Positions 8,637 to 16,258 of a stretch of DNA of 32,195 nucleotides are shown piece after piece. Positions within the stretch are counted from its first letter, which is position 1, and each line of letters starts with the position of its first letter. Below the pieces are notes generated by a model. It was not told the origin of the DNA and searched no databases. It saw only the letters and a list, made by a program, of their open reading frames with translations. Position numbers and translations under genes: made by a program. The stretch lies in the IMG/VR virus record IMGVR_UViG_3300031655_000026, positions 1 to 32,195 of that record; one strand, 5' to 3'. The stretch is from a virus. Its lineage: Duplodnaviria; Caudoviricetes.

Positions 8637-8790
8637 CTAACTTCCTGTTAAATTCTGATATGCTTCCTAGCTTTTCTTGACCTTCTTCAAACTTGCCTAA
8701 CTTCTCCATATTCTTTCCTACTCGCACCGCGTAATAAAAACATCCACCTAGTAAACTTATCAGGCCGATAACAACCATCAAAGTCATCAT
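8569..8790 (-). CDS. Inner-membrane spanin (Rz-like)
   Basis: N-terminal TM helix then charged helix; overlaps lipoprotein gene; in lysis cassette. Confidence 0.6.
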   Translation of the reverse strand: MMTLMVVIGLISLLGGCFYYAVRVGKNMEKLGKFEEGQEKLGSISEFNRKLDEETDKKIHSGDGPVTGPWLRK

Positions 8791-8975
8791 GTGTTTTTAT
8801 TTTTAAATACGTTCATAGACAGGAAGTTCAGGCCCATGTTGACTTTCGCAAGGATTGGGTTTCCTTGCATGAACTTATCGGAGATAAACATCGTAATTGA
8901 GTTCGCAGTAATTACAACGAATGAAAGCGTTGAGAACCACGACTGACCTGATGCAAGTGCTAATATCGCGTCCAT
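8787..8975 (-). CDS. Putative holin
   Basis: 62-aa hydrophobic protein with basic C-terminus next to endolysin. Confidence 0.5.
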   Translation of the reverse strand: MDAILALASGQSWFSTLSFVVITANSITMFISDKFMQGNPILAKVNMGLNFLSMNVFKNKNT

Positions 8976-8990
8976 AAGATTTCCTTTTAA

Positions 8991-9362
8991 TTAGTTGTAC
9001 TGCCAACAGACTCCAGCCGTCTTGCCGGGATCGCAGTCGAGATGTACAAATGTTTTGGCAATGCCGACTCTGTCGAATACCTGAAACGCCGCCGTCAATA
9101 GTTTCTGTCTGTAAGAAGAATTTCCACAGGCTATGTCCACCGCAGTTGAATTGCCTTCGAGATGACTTGAGTTTTTAGAACCACCCACGCCAGCGTTGTG
9201 AAAACTGCATCGGACTCCACTCGTAACCTTCATCGGTAGACCCAACAAACCCCGGACTTCTTGCAACCTTCGGACTAAGTCTGGATCGATATCGCTCTTG
9301 CCGCAACACGCACAAGCAAACTCATCACGGCTAAAATTTAGGCTGACCATTTCATTACTCAT
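8991..9362 (-). CDS. Endolysin, peptidase M15A family
   Basis: NFSRDEFAC.C, TSGVRC..HN..VGG..NSSH, AVDI and FVHLD zinc-peptidase motifs. Confidence 0.9.
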   Translation of the reverse strand: MSNEMVSLNFSRDEFACACCGKSDIDPDLVRRLQEVRGLLGLPMKVTSGVRCSFHNAGVGGSKNSSHLEGNSTAVDIACGNSSYRQKLLTAAFQVFDRVGIAKTFVHLDCDPGKTAGVCWQYN

Positions 9363-9391
9363 GCTCCATACATATACTTTTTCTGGAGTCT

Positions 9392-9427
9392 TATCAACCG
9401 ATTAAATCACTTAGAATCAATACTTTG
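9392..9427 (+). promoter_or_regulatory. Two IHF-consensus sites
   Basis: TATCAAccgaTTA (9392-9404) and AATCAAtactTTG (9415-9427) match WATCAANNNNTTR. Confidence 0.45.
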
Positions 9428-9478
9428 CGTACTCCCCCAATAAGTAAAGACTTAGGCTAAATTAATTTCACTTTATCC

Positions 9479-9525
9479 TTGCATATATATACCTATAGAT
9501 GTATATTACATACATGGACAACACG
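9479..9525 (+). promoter_or_regulatory. Sigma70-type promoter with palindromic operator (copy 1)
   Basis: TTGCAT-17 bp-TATATT; imperfect palindrome ATATATACCTATAGATGTATAT (9485-9506); 42/47 nt identical to 10921-10967. Confidence 0.8.
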
Positions 9526-9552
9526 AACATAACTCAAACAGGGGGAAGCAAA

Positions 9553-9864
9553 ATGGCAGATTTCAGAGATCCATATTTTAAAGGCGAAGGCGAAGTGAAA
9601 AACGGTGGGGATGTATTCCAAGTGAACTCTTTCCGAATACTAAAAAAAGATGGGTCGGTTAAGGGATACCAGTACATAGCCGAAAACAAGGATTTATCTG
9701 AAAGAATCATCCGTAAATGTGCAACCAGACAATATGAAAAGGCTTTCTTTTATGTGTCCAAAGACCCTGACTTGAAATTCAACCCATTCTGGAGTTTCGG
9801 CAAAAACCCTGACCATCACTACAAGGGACATCTTGCCGTTTCTTGCGTGATCGCACACAAATAA
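9553..9864 (+). CDS. Hypothetical accessory/early protein
   Basis: Start re-assigned to ATG 9553 (RBS GGGGGA); the track start at 9499 lies inside the promoter. Confidence 0.7.
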   Translation: MADFRDPYFKGEGEVKNGGDVFQVNSFRILKKDGSVKGYQYIAENKDLSERIIRKCATRQYEKAFFYVSKDPDLKFNPFWSFGKNPDHHYKGHLAVSCVIAHK

Positions 9865-9912
9865 CGCTCTGATGATGGCTGTAAGGCCGAAACCCCGAAA
9901 GGGGTCAGCGTT
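9863..9912 (+). ncRNA. Hammerhead ribozyme, type I (variant with extra U before stem II)
   Basis: AACGCT-CTGATGA-T-GGCT(GTAA)GGCC-GAAA-CCCC(GAAA)GGGG-TC-AGCGTT; full core, GUC site at 9904-9906. Confidence 0.82.
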
Positions 9913-9936
9913 TAAAACTAAACTAGGAGAGATGAG

Positions 9937-10122
9937 ATGAGAGACAAAATTGAAATCAAAGTAGCTTACAAAAAAGAGGGCGAGTACAGGGTAGAAGAAT
10001 ATGTTGATGGAGTCCTGAAGAATAGCGGAACAATAGCATTCAAGAAGTACAGCGATGCCAGAAGGAGCCAAAAAGTAGCTCAAAAATTCTACGATGAGTT
10101 TCCTGAAGCATACACCGCTTAA
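9937..10122 (+). CDS. Small hypothetical accessory protein
   Basis: 61 aa, strong RBS AGGAGA, followed by hairpin. Confidence 0.75.
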   Translation: MRDKIEIKVAYKKEGEYRVEEYVDGVLKNSGTIAFKKYSDARRSQKVAQKFYDEFPEAYTA

Positions 10123-10129
10123 CTAACAT

Positions 10130-10143
10130 GGGGCTTCGGCCCC
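10130..10143 (+). terminator. GC hairpin with UUCG loop
   Basis: GGGGC-TTCG-GCCCC 7 nt after stop; weak T tract. Confidence 0.55.
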
Positions 10144-10267
10144 TTCACCTTGAGATGGAAATATGAGTCATCGCAAAAAAGTGTGACTCATGTTTCCCCG
10201 TTTAAGCCTTATTTAAAGCCTCGACAAATATCAGTCTACTTTTGAAACCTTAGTCATGTGCAACTTC

Positions 10268-10870
10268 TCACCAAAACATAACCAACTCCGCACCATCCCT
10301 GACAATATGGCCTTGCAACGTAATCCGATATTCATCAGGATAATATTGTTTATATGATGAAATTCTGTGGTTCGTTAAGCCGTCATGTAACACCATTTCG
10401 CCCACTTTATATCCTATGTAATCATCTCCGAAATCCATGCCACCTCCGCAGTCGGGTAGTTCCAATGCTACGGTGAAGGCGTTTGCATCCTTATCACTCA
10501 TCCCCAGAGTTGTGTGTGGATAGTCGATATGCCAATGCCCTGACACCCCAACCAGTTTTCTATCTGAAGGAAAAATATGGAAGCCGGGTAGTGCTAGGCT
10601 GGCATTCATTGTCACCCACTCGCCAAAATGCTTGGATAACTTGCCAGCAACCTCTGCATATAAATCATTGAACAAATAAAACAAAATTGGATTTATCACT
10701 CGCACATCGGGGTAATACTTGCCTGACTTACCGTCTAGATATGAAGCCTTTCCCACAGTGTAAAATGGGAAATCTGCACTCCTACTCTCCCAAAGTGTAC
10801 CCTTATGCTTCAAAGATTTGAGCCGTTTTGTAATGCCAGTAGCATCAATTTCTAGCGGTATCCTTACCAT
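10268..10870 (-). CDS. 2OG-Fe(II) oxygenase superfamily protein
   Basis: HxD (WHIDYPH), distal H (TNHRI) and R (RITLQGH) in DSBH-like spacing. Confidence 0.7.
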   Translation of the reverse strand: MVRIPLEIDATGITKRLKSLKHKGTLWESRSADFPFYTVGKASYLDGKSGKYYPDVRVINPILFYLFNDLYAEVAGKLSKHFGEWVTMNASLALPGFHIFPSDRKLVGVSGHWHIDYPHTTLGMSDKDANAFTVALELPDCGGGMDFGDDYIGYKVGEMVLHDGLTNHRISSYKQYYPDEYRITLQGHIVRDGAELVMFW

Positions 10871-10920
10871 AGCTTATTCAACCCTCATAAAATAAAGTAC
10901 CTTAAACTTCACTAAACTTC

Positions 10921-10967
10921 TTGACTATATATACCTATAGATGTATATTATGTGCATGGACAACACG
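10921..10967 (+). promoter_or_regulatory. Sigma70-type promoter with palindromic operator (copy 2)
   Basis: TTGACT-17 bp-TATATT with the same 22-bp palindrome (10927-10948). Confidence 0.82.
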
Positions 10968-10988
10968 TACCCAACTAGGAGAGATGAA

Positions 10989-11372
10989 ATGGAATATGAA
11001 ACTATAGAGAAATTAGTTCAAAGAATAAATGGCCCGTATGCGCCAGATGCAGAAGTATCTGCTGGAACTTATGCTTTTGAAGCCGCAGAAGAGGCGGGGT
11101 ACGGATTTGGGAATGCAGAATTAGAAGCGCATTTAAATATACTGCATGAAGCTGGAGCAGTTTTTGATAACGACAAGGCTCTGGAAGTTGTAAGGAAATT
11201 AATCGGGAGAACTTACACTGTTCTCCTAGAAGACGGGACAGTTGGAAAAGTCCAAAAGGATTCCCTACTTGACGGAGACAAAGTAACTGTGACTCTTCAA
11301 GACGGAAACGGGATGTTGATTGAGAAGTGTGGAAGGGTTAAGGAGATACTTGATTCCGACTGCCCACAATGA
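10989..11372 (+). CDS. Acidic accessory/early protein sharing a module with the ART gene
   Basis: Start re-assigned to ATG 10989 (RBS AGGAGA); YAFEAAEEAGYGFG...FD aligns with the ART insert. Confidence 0.75.
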   Translation: MEYETIEKLVQRINGPYAPDAEVSAGTYAFEAAEEAGYGFGNAELEAHLNILHEAGAVFDNDKALEVVRKLIGRTYTVLLEDGTVGKVQKDSLLDGDKVTVTLQDGNGMLIEKCGRVKEILDSDCPQ

Positions 11373-11536
11373 AAATCAAACTAACAACCTTGCAGTGCCT
11401 TCGGTGTGAGCATATGTGGATTCCACGATCCACCAAGCTCCCCAAGGTATGCTCAAAATGCACAAGCCCATACTGGAACAAACCAGTCGAGCGATTAAAT
11501 GTCAGTGAAATACAAAAAGGGAGAGAGCGTAAATAA
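11369..11536 (+). CDS. Small zinc-ribbon protein (55 aa), candidate transcription regulator
   Basis: Not in ORF track; MKIKLTTLQCLRCEHMWIPRSTKLPKVCSKCTSPYWNKPVERLNVSEIQKGRERK; two CxxC knuckles; ATGA overlap with upstream gene. Confidence 0.8.
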   Translation: MKIKLTTLQCLRCEHMWIPRSTKLPKVCSKCTSPYWNKPVERLNVSEIQKGRERK

Positions 11537-11564
11537 AAAGCGGGGCTTGCACCTATTGCCCCGC
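11535..11564 (-). terminator. Intrinsic terminator between convergent units
   Basis: GCGGGGC-11 nt-GCCCCGC followed by TTTTT on minus strand. Confidence 0.7.
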
Positions 11565-11754
11565 GCCCCAAAGGAGATAGATTCGCCCGGTGCATGGACT
11601 GGAACATTTGTTTTTTAAGGTATTCAATTTAAAACCCTACTACATAGAAAGAAACAGTCTCCACTACCAATAAGATAAAATGAGTTAATCAAGTCCACGC
11701 AGTCGCTCCCACGGGTAGGTGTTTCAAGTCTGAGGACCAGTCCAGACTGTACTG

Positions 11755-12015
11755 CTAATATCCTACATCGCTCAGGGTGCTTTTCTTGTATTCATCCCAA
11801 TGCTTCAATCGCCATTTTAGCTCCCGAAGACAGTAACCTTTTGCTGCTACAAATGAACAGTCGCTCGCCTGCTCGATTTCCATTCCAGTTGGAATATGCA
11901 GCATTGTGACATGGTAATTATACGGCTTGTACTTTGCCTGCTCCCATCTCAAATCTGCGTCAGATACTCCAACGCTTGACTGTAACTTCAATCGGCTTTC
12001 CAGTGATTTACTCAT
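11755..12015 (-). CDS. Class I release factor domain-like protein lacking GGQ
   Basis: DLRWE...HVTMLHIPTGMEIEQ...LRELKWRL resembles RF1/RF2 DLRID...VRITH.PTG; start re-assigned to 12015 as the longer start overlaps attP. Confidence 0.5.
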   Translation of the reverse strand: MSKSLESRLKLQSSVGVSDADLRWEQAKYKPYNYHVTMLHIPTGMEIEQASDCSFVAAKGYCLRELKWRLKHWDEYKKSTLSDVGY

Positions 12016-12047
12016 GTCAGGAATCCTATAGTTAAATCGCTCTCCAA

Positions 12048-12193
12048 AATTCTGACACCACACTCAAACCATTGATTTTATAGCTTGTTACAGGATCGGC
12101 TAGACCAAAGTTGCTGGCCTCTCACGCCGGAAACAGGGGTTCGATTCCCCTTGGGGCTATTTAAAATCAACGACTTAGAGGGGTGTCAAAATT
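12048..12193. mobile_element. attP region
   Basis: tRNA-derived core flanked by inverted IHF sites (12065-12077, 12165-12177) and inverted GGTGTCARAATT (12048-12059, 12182-12193); next to integrase stop. Confidence 0.85.
12114..12159 (+). other. 3' half of tRNA-Glu(CTC), attP core
   Basis: Anticodon arm CTGGC-CTCTCAC-GCCGG, T arm AGGGG-TTCGATT-CCCCT, 3' acceptor strand TGGGGCTA; no matching 5' acceptor strand or D arm. Confidence 0.85.
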
Positions 12194-12211
12194 ACCCTCG
12201 GCCAAAAAGTA

Positions 12212-13141
12212 CTACTTAAATGCTTCCATAACTGCCTGCTGCAACTTTTCCCGCTTAACTCTTGCATAGATTAGGGTGCTTCTAAAGTCAGAATGGCCTA
12301 GCAAATCTCGAACTGTTTCCAGACCCACTCCATTATTAATCGCGTGACAAGCAAACCAATGCCGGAAGGAATGAAAACTGTGTTCTCGTAAACCAGCCCG
12401 ATTAAAAGCTCGCCCTACTTGTACCCCCACATTCTTAGCAATTAGGTCAAACAAAAATCCATCTTCAGCAGCAGGCCAAACTTTGATAGACTTTAAAACC
12501 TTCTTTAATTTTCCGCTTATCGGACACTGCAAAGGTTTTTTTGTCTTACTCTGCAAAACATTGATCCAGTTCCCAGCGAAATCAATATCAGATCGCTTCA
12601 ACTCCAGAACATTTTTCAACCTCAACCCAGAGTACGCAGAAATCAAACAAGGAGTCTTATACTCTGGCATTACATAATTGTAGATAACATCCAGAATTTG
12701 GCTCTCCTCTAATATCTGATCCGCAGACCATTGTTTCCCTCTGTTTTTGTACTTCACCTTCGGCAGTATAAAAGTTGGCTCGTGTTGCTGCATGATTCTC
12801 TCAAAACATTTCAGAATTTTCTTTGCAGAAGAAACTGGCTTGTCTATGTGAGAGTTTACAAATCTGTCAACATCTACCTGAGCCACTGTCAATTTCCCAA
12901 TTGTAGGAAGAATGTGACACCGGATCGCTGACCGCTCTCTTTCACTTGCCGTTGGCCTGTACCTTTTAATGAGCGTGAGGATTTTGACATTCTTGCGAAC
13001 ACTCCTCTGCTCAAGTTCACTCCTCAAACCCTCCAATAAAGTTTTAAGCTTCCTAGACATTATTTTGCTCTCCCCACTTAAAAGCTGGTCGAGCCGTCCT
13101 GTAACAGTATCGGAGTGTATCACATTCTTAATAGCTTCCAT
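12212..13141 (-). CDS. int: Tyrosine integrase
   Basis: Catalytic R (SGLR), K (SKTK), HSFRH, LGH, Y (TLIYA); likely start MEAIKN at 13141. Confidence 0.93.
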   Translation of the reverse strand: MEAIKNVIHSDTVTGRLDQLLSGESKIMSRKLKTLLEGLRSELEQRSVRKNVKILTLIKRYRPTASERERSAIRCHILPTIGKLTVAQVDVDRFVNSHIDKPVSSAKKILKCFERIMQQHEPTFILPKVKYKNRGKQWSADQILEESQILDVIYNYVMPEYKTPCLISAYSGLRLKNVLELKRSDIDFAGNWINVLQSKTKKPLQCPISGKLKKVLKSIKVWPAAEDGFLFDLIAKNVGVQVGRAFNRAGLREHSFHSFRHWFACHAINNGVGLETVRDLLGHSDFRSTLIYARVKREKLQQAVMEAFK

Positions 13142-13424
13142 CTTTGTTGTCTTTAGCGCACATTTCTGCGATTGAAAAATAATTGCGACCATCACAGAAA
13201 TTGTCTTGCACTGTCGGGTTCCAAGTGGACCGCAACACTTTGAGCAAAACCATTTTCATCGCGCAGAGATGCGCTTCGTTCACCAGTTCCTGACCGCTGG
13301 CTTCAGCGTACTGGTCAAGTAGCCGGGTCATTTCCCCGTAAGTTTTGAAGAATAATTCAGGCGGCCCGTATTTACTTTCTCTGTCTTTTAAAATATCTTC
13401 GTCAGTCATAAAATTAATTTCCAT
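13128..13424 (-). CDS. DUF6378-like phage protein
   Basis: ILKDRESKYG...LKVLR...DNFCDGRNY pattern. Confidence 0.6.
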   Translation of the reverse strand: MEINFMTDEDILKDRESKYGPPELFFKTYGEMTRLLDQYAEASGQELVNEAHLCAMKMVLLKVLRSTWNPTVQDNFCDGRNYFSIAEMCAKDNKDGSY

Positions 13425-13433
13425 ACCTCAAAA

Positions 13434-13931
13434 TTAGAAACCGCTTGGCGCATTGTTCATTGCATACAACCCCGGTTCCACCCTTCTGCAAATACCTAAA
13501 CCAGTAAGGGCAATTATCGATGTAGCACAAGCTCCGTGGCATCGGTTAAGGTCCATGCCTGGTGCGTAGGTAAAAATAGATCTAGAAACATCACGTTCTC
13601 TGAATTTCATATTGTCTAACTGTACCCAATCGCCATTCAATAGCTGCCGTACAGCATCAATGACATGCAGTCCCCTGTATTCTTTACGCAAAAACTTCTT
13701 CGGAGATTTTTCGGGTGGAGCATCCCTCGGAGTCGGCGTACTACGTTCTGGCAGCGCGGCTATCGTTTCAGTCTGATCTGTTGGGCCACCAATTATAGGA
13801 ATAAGTACAGTTCTGGCTTTTGCCAGCGTTTTTATCTCAGCTTCAATCCGCGTCCGTGCTTCTATTAACTCCCTAATTTCCTTGCTAATCCCTTCGATAA
13901 TATTCATCGCCTCTCCTTTAGTTAGTTTCAA
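13434..13931 (-). CDS. Hypothetical protein, possible C-terminal winged helix
   Basis: Coiled-coil N-terminus; ends RRVEPGLY; start uncertain. Confidence 0.55.
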   Translation of the reverse strand: MKLTKGEAMNIIEGISKEIRELIEARTRIEAEIKTLAKARTVLIPIIGGPTDQTETIAALPERSTPTPRDAPPEKSPKKFLRKEYRGLHVIDAVRQLLNGDWVQLDNMKFRERDVSRSIFTYAPGMDLNRCHGACATSIIALTGLGICRRVEPGLYAMNNAPSGF

Positions 13932-14310
13932 TTCCCAAATAATTAATTACGACTTCCCGCGCCTCATCCCACTTGCGACAAGTAGCCGTCTGATAACCTT
14001 CTGCTTCCATCGCCACCTTAAATTCTTTTTGCTCTTTCGTTAAAGTATTCGCGCCAAACTTCATTTCAATAAAAAGACCGGGAAGAATCTTCCCCTCATA
14101 CGTTTCACGAATGACCGGGAGCATAATGTCATGCACCCCTTTTTTAACGCCTTCCGCTTTTAATTTTTTGGCTACACCAATGTGACGATGACCGCCATTG
14201 GGTATGCTGAACATCCACCTGAGTTGTCGGTGTCTGGCCTCATTATCCCGCGCCCAATTAAAAAACTTTACCTGCTCGTCATGTTCACTCAACCTGCTAT
14301 CCCACGCCAA
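13918..14310 (-). CDS. VRR-NUC domain nuclease
   Basis: SEHDEQ, FSIPNGG.R, GVKKGVHD, FIEMK, LTKEQKEF. Confidence 0.88.
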   Translation of the reverse strand: MAWDSRLSEHDEQVKFFNWARDNEARHRQLRWMFSIPNGGHRHIGVAKKLKAEGVKKGVHDIMLPVIRETYEGKILPGLFIEMKFGANTLTKEQKEFKVAMEAEGYQTATCRKWDEAREVVINYLGIETN

Positions 14311-14690
14311 GTCTGAGCGTGTCGGCCTGAACTCGTGAGGCTAGTCTCACCCGTTCTCTCCGCCATACCCTGTCTCTCCAAATCCACCATTCTCCGTGAA
14401 ACTTGAGTGGTCTGCTTGAATCCTATGTAATCTGCGATCTCTTCAAAGTTAAGCCCCTTGGGATAAAAATGGTCCAGAGCTTTTTTGATCTCCGCGCAGT
14501 GTCGATGCGACAATGCTCCCGACTTTTCAGACGCAAGGTGAGATGTCACAGGGTCAGCTTTCCTAACGTGTTTTTCAGGAACAAAATCTGCGACAAAATC
14601 TACTAACTGTTCGATCTGGTTTTCCCTGCCTTTTTTGAATAAAGGCAGATCGTCCTTTTGATATCCGTCATTAAATTTTTCAGAAGTCAT
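14289..14690 (-). CDS. Winged HTH DNA-binding protein
   Basis: RKADPVTSH.A, GLNFEEIA...VSRRMVDLERQG; likely start MTSEK at 14690. Confidence 0.7.
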   Translation of the reverse strand: MTSEKFNDGYQKDDLPLFKKGRENQIEQLVDFVADFVPEKHVRKADPVTSHLASEKSGALSHRHCAEIKKALDHFYPKGLNFEEIADYIGFKQTTQVSRRMVDLERQGMAERTGETSLTSSGRHAQTWRGIAG

Positions 14691-15282
14691 AAGCAACTTT
14701 AGCCTCTCTCTCTTCTTCCCGTTTAAGACTGCCATAACGCTTGCGTTCATTTGCAGGGTCAGCAGTCCCATAAATATCTCTAACCAGTGCCATCGGTTCC
14801 AGCGTTTCAACTTCACGAATACGCGGCTCCTCGATTCTTTGCCCGTCTGCCCTGTCTTTTTTTAAAGCCCTCTGTGTCCGTAAAGTGTCAAACGCATCGA
14901 TATGTAGTTTGTCTGGGTGAACACTCGCCATTCCCCTGCGCCGTCCTTCACTGCACTTCGCGCAATTCCCTGCTTGGTCAGAAACTTTGCCGTTACGGGT
15001 AACGTCCCTGAACAAAACAACACCAGCCAAACATTTGCCGCATCCTTTAAATTCCTCCCGAACTTCAACTCCTCTCGCGTTTCGCAACTCAGCTTTAAAC
15101 ATCTCCCACGTTGGGAACCTTTGTCCGTATTGACATCGTTTCATCGCGGTTATGAAAGTGAAGTAATCTTCCTCGGAAAATTCGTTGTACCATTGCTCCA
15201 AAATCTTCGCGGGTTTCACTGCCCCAAAAGCCGCCTGTAATTTATTAAACTGCGTTTCAAACTGGTCAAGAGTTACTGGCAT
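14680..15282 (-). CDS. Replication-associated protein (possible helicase loader) with CxxC pairs
   Basis: Follows initiator; W...F...RFPT motif, CGKC and CAKC. Confidence 0.5.
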   Translation of the reverse strand: MPVTLDQFETQFNKLQAAFGAVKPAKILEQWYNEFSEEDYFTFITAMKRCQYGQRFPTWEMFKAELRNARGVEVREEFKGCGKCLAGVVLFRDVTRNGKVSDQAGNCAKCSEGRRRGMASVHPDKLHIDAFDTLRTQRALKKDRADGQRIEEPRIREVETLEPMALVRDIYGTADPANERKRYGSLKREEEREAKVAYDF

Positions 15283-16030
15283 TAATTTTCTCCCTCATCT
15301 CAGACATCTCTCGCTCATGCCGTTCTTCAAAAGTCTCAAAGTTTTTCTTCTTCGTAATCCCAAGATCATTGAACTTGGTTTTGAATCCGCCAATTGTCAG
15401 CAGACTCCCACTGTCGATGTGAATCGGTATTTTTCGCATGACTTCTTCAATCCCATGTCGGGCTATCAAATCTTTTAAAATCTTGCGATCTTTTGCTGGG
15501 TTCATGTCGGGTGGAGATCCGTGATTTTTAACGAACTCACTTATCCAAAATTGCTCAGCTTCATAGGTGGGAGTTGAAGGCTTTTTTTCAACAGGAGCTT
15601 TTTTCTTTTTAGGCTTTTTCTCTTGTTTATTAATATCTACTTCTACTTCTACTTCTACTTCTCTATCTAGACCCAAACTTATTACCTTTTTATTTACAGA
15701 GTCTTTGTAGTACTTTGAATAATTATCACGCTTTTTCAATAAGTTAGGCAGTTCGATTCTGAGTTTGTTCGAGGAATAAACCACTTTGGTTATCGTTAGT
15801 AGTTCAGTTAGTTCCAAGAACAAACGCAGTTTCTTCTGCTTTACTTTCAGGTTTAAACACCACTCTGAAACTGGTTGTTCATAATGGCAGCGGTCAGTTC
15901 CGTCCATTTTTTTAGCTACAATTTCCATAATTCTCCAAAACCATCCGTATCCTTCAAAGCCAAATTCATGTATCAGCATCTTTAGTTTTTCAGAATCCAT
16001 CGCATCCGTTTCGTGCTTCAACCACTTCAT
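15266..16030 (-). CDS. Phage replication initiator (DUF4373/Lin1244-like N-terminus)
   Basis: MKWLKH.TDA..SEKL..L..EFG.EGYG.FW.I.E, central EVEVEV/Lys linker. Confidence 0.75.
   Translation of the reverse strand: MKWLKHETDAMDSEKLKMLIHEFGFEGYGWFWRIMEIVAKKMDGTDRCHYEQPVSEWCLNLKVKQKKLRLFLELTELLTITKVVYSSNKLRIELPNLLKKRDNYSKYYKDSVNKKVISLGLDREVEVEVEVDINKQEKKPKKKKAPVEKKPSTPTYEAEQFWISEFVKNHGSPPDMNPAKDRKILKDLIARHGIEEVMRKIPIHIDSGSLLTIGGFKTKFNDLGITKKKNFETFEERHEREMSEMREKINASNS
15636..15659 (+). repeat. (TCTACT)4 tandem repeat inside the initiator; candidate origin region
   Basis: Four perfect 6-mers beside T-rich tracts. Confidence 0.6.
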
Positions 16031-16039
16031 ATAATTTGC

Positions 16040-16258
16040 TTAGAATGGAATGTCAGACGGTTCAGGCTTCCTCGCCTGTTCATCTTTCTTCTGTTTTTCG
16101 GAGAGGTAAAAATGCCAATCGGGTTGACTCTCTTTCTCCTTAAAAGAGTTTTTGTAAATCAAAATCTTCGTGCCATTCGTGAAATCTCCGGCTAAATATT
16201 CCTTGCCGTTCTTGTCCTTGTTAGTCCAAAGACCCCCCATTTTCAAAAGATCGCTCAT
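16040..16258 (-). CDS. Small ssDNA-binding protein (DUF736-like)
   Basis: GGLW...GKEYLAG...KEKESQPDW and C-terminal DIPF tip. Confidence 0.75.
   Translation of the reverse strand: MSDLLKMGGLWTNKDKNGKEYLAGDFTNGTKILIYKNSFKEKESQPDWHFYLSEKQKKDEQARKPEPSDIPF

Noticed and set aside
9499-9552. ORF-track starts MYITY (9499) and MYIMC (10941) as a shared protein leader
   Set aside because: These codons lie within the duplicated promoter; similarity is at DNA level and strong RBSs point to downstream ATGs
9694-10083. 129-aa minus-strand ORF
   Set aside because: Antisense to two RBS-supported genes and the hammerhead
11338-11607. 89-aa minus-strand ORF
   Set aside because: Antisense to the better supported zinc-ribbon gene and runs through a terminator
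12085-12159. Complete phage tRNA-Glu gene
   Set aside because: No 5' acceptor strand complementary to TGGGGCT and no D arm; better explained as attP core
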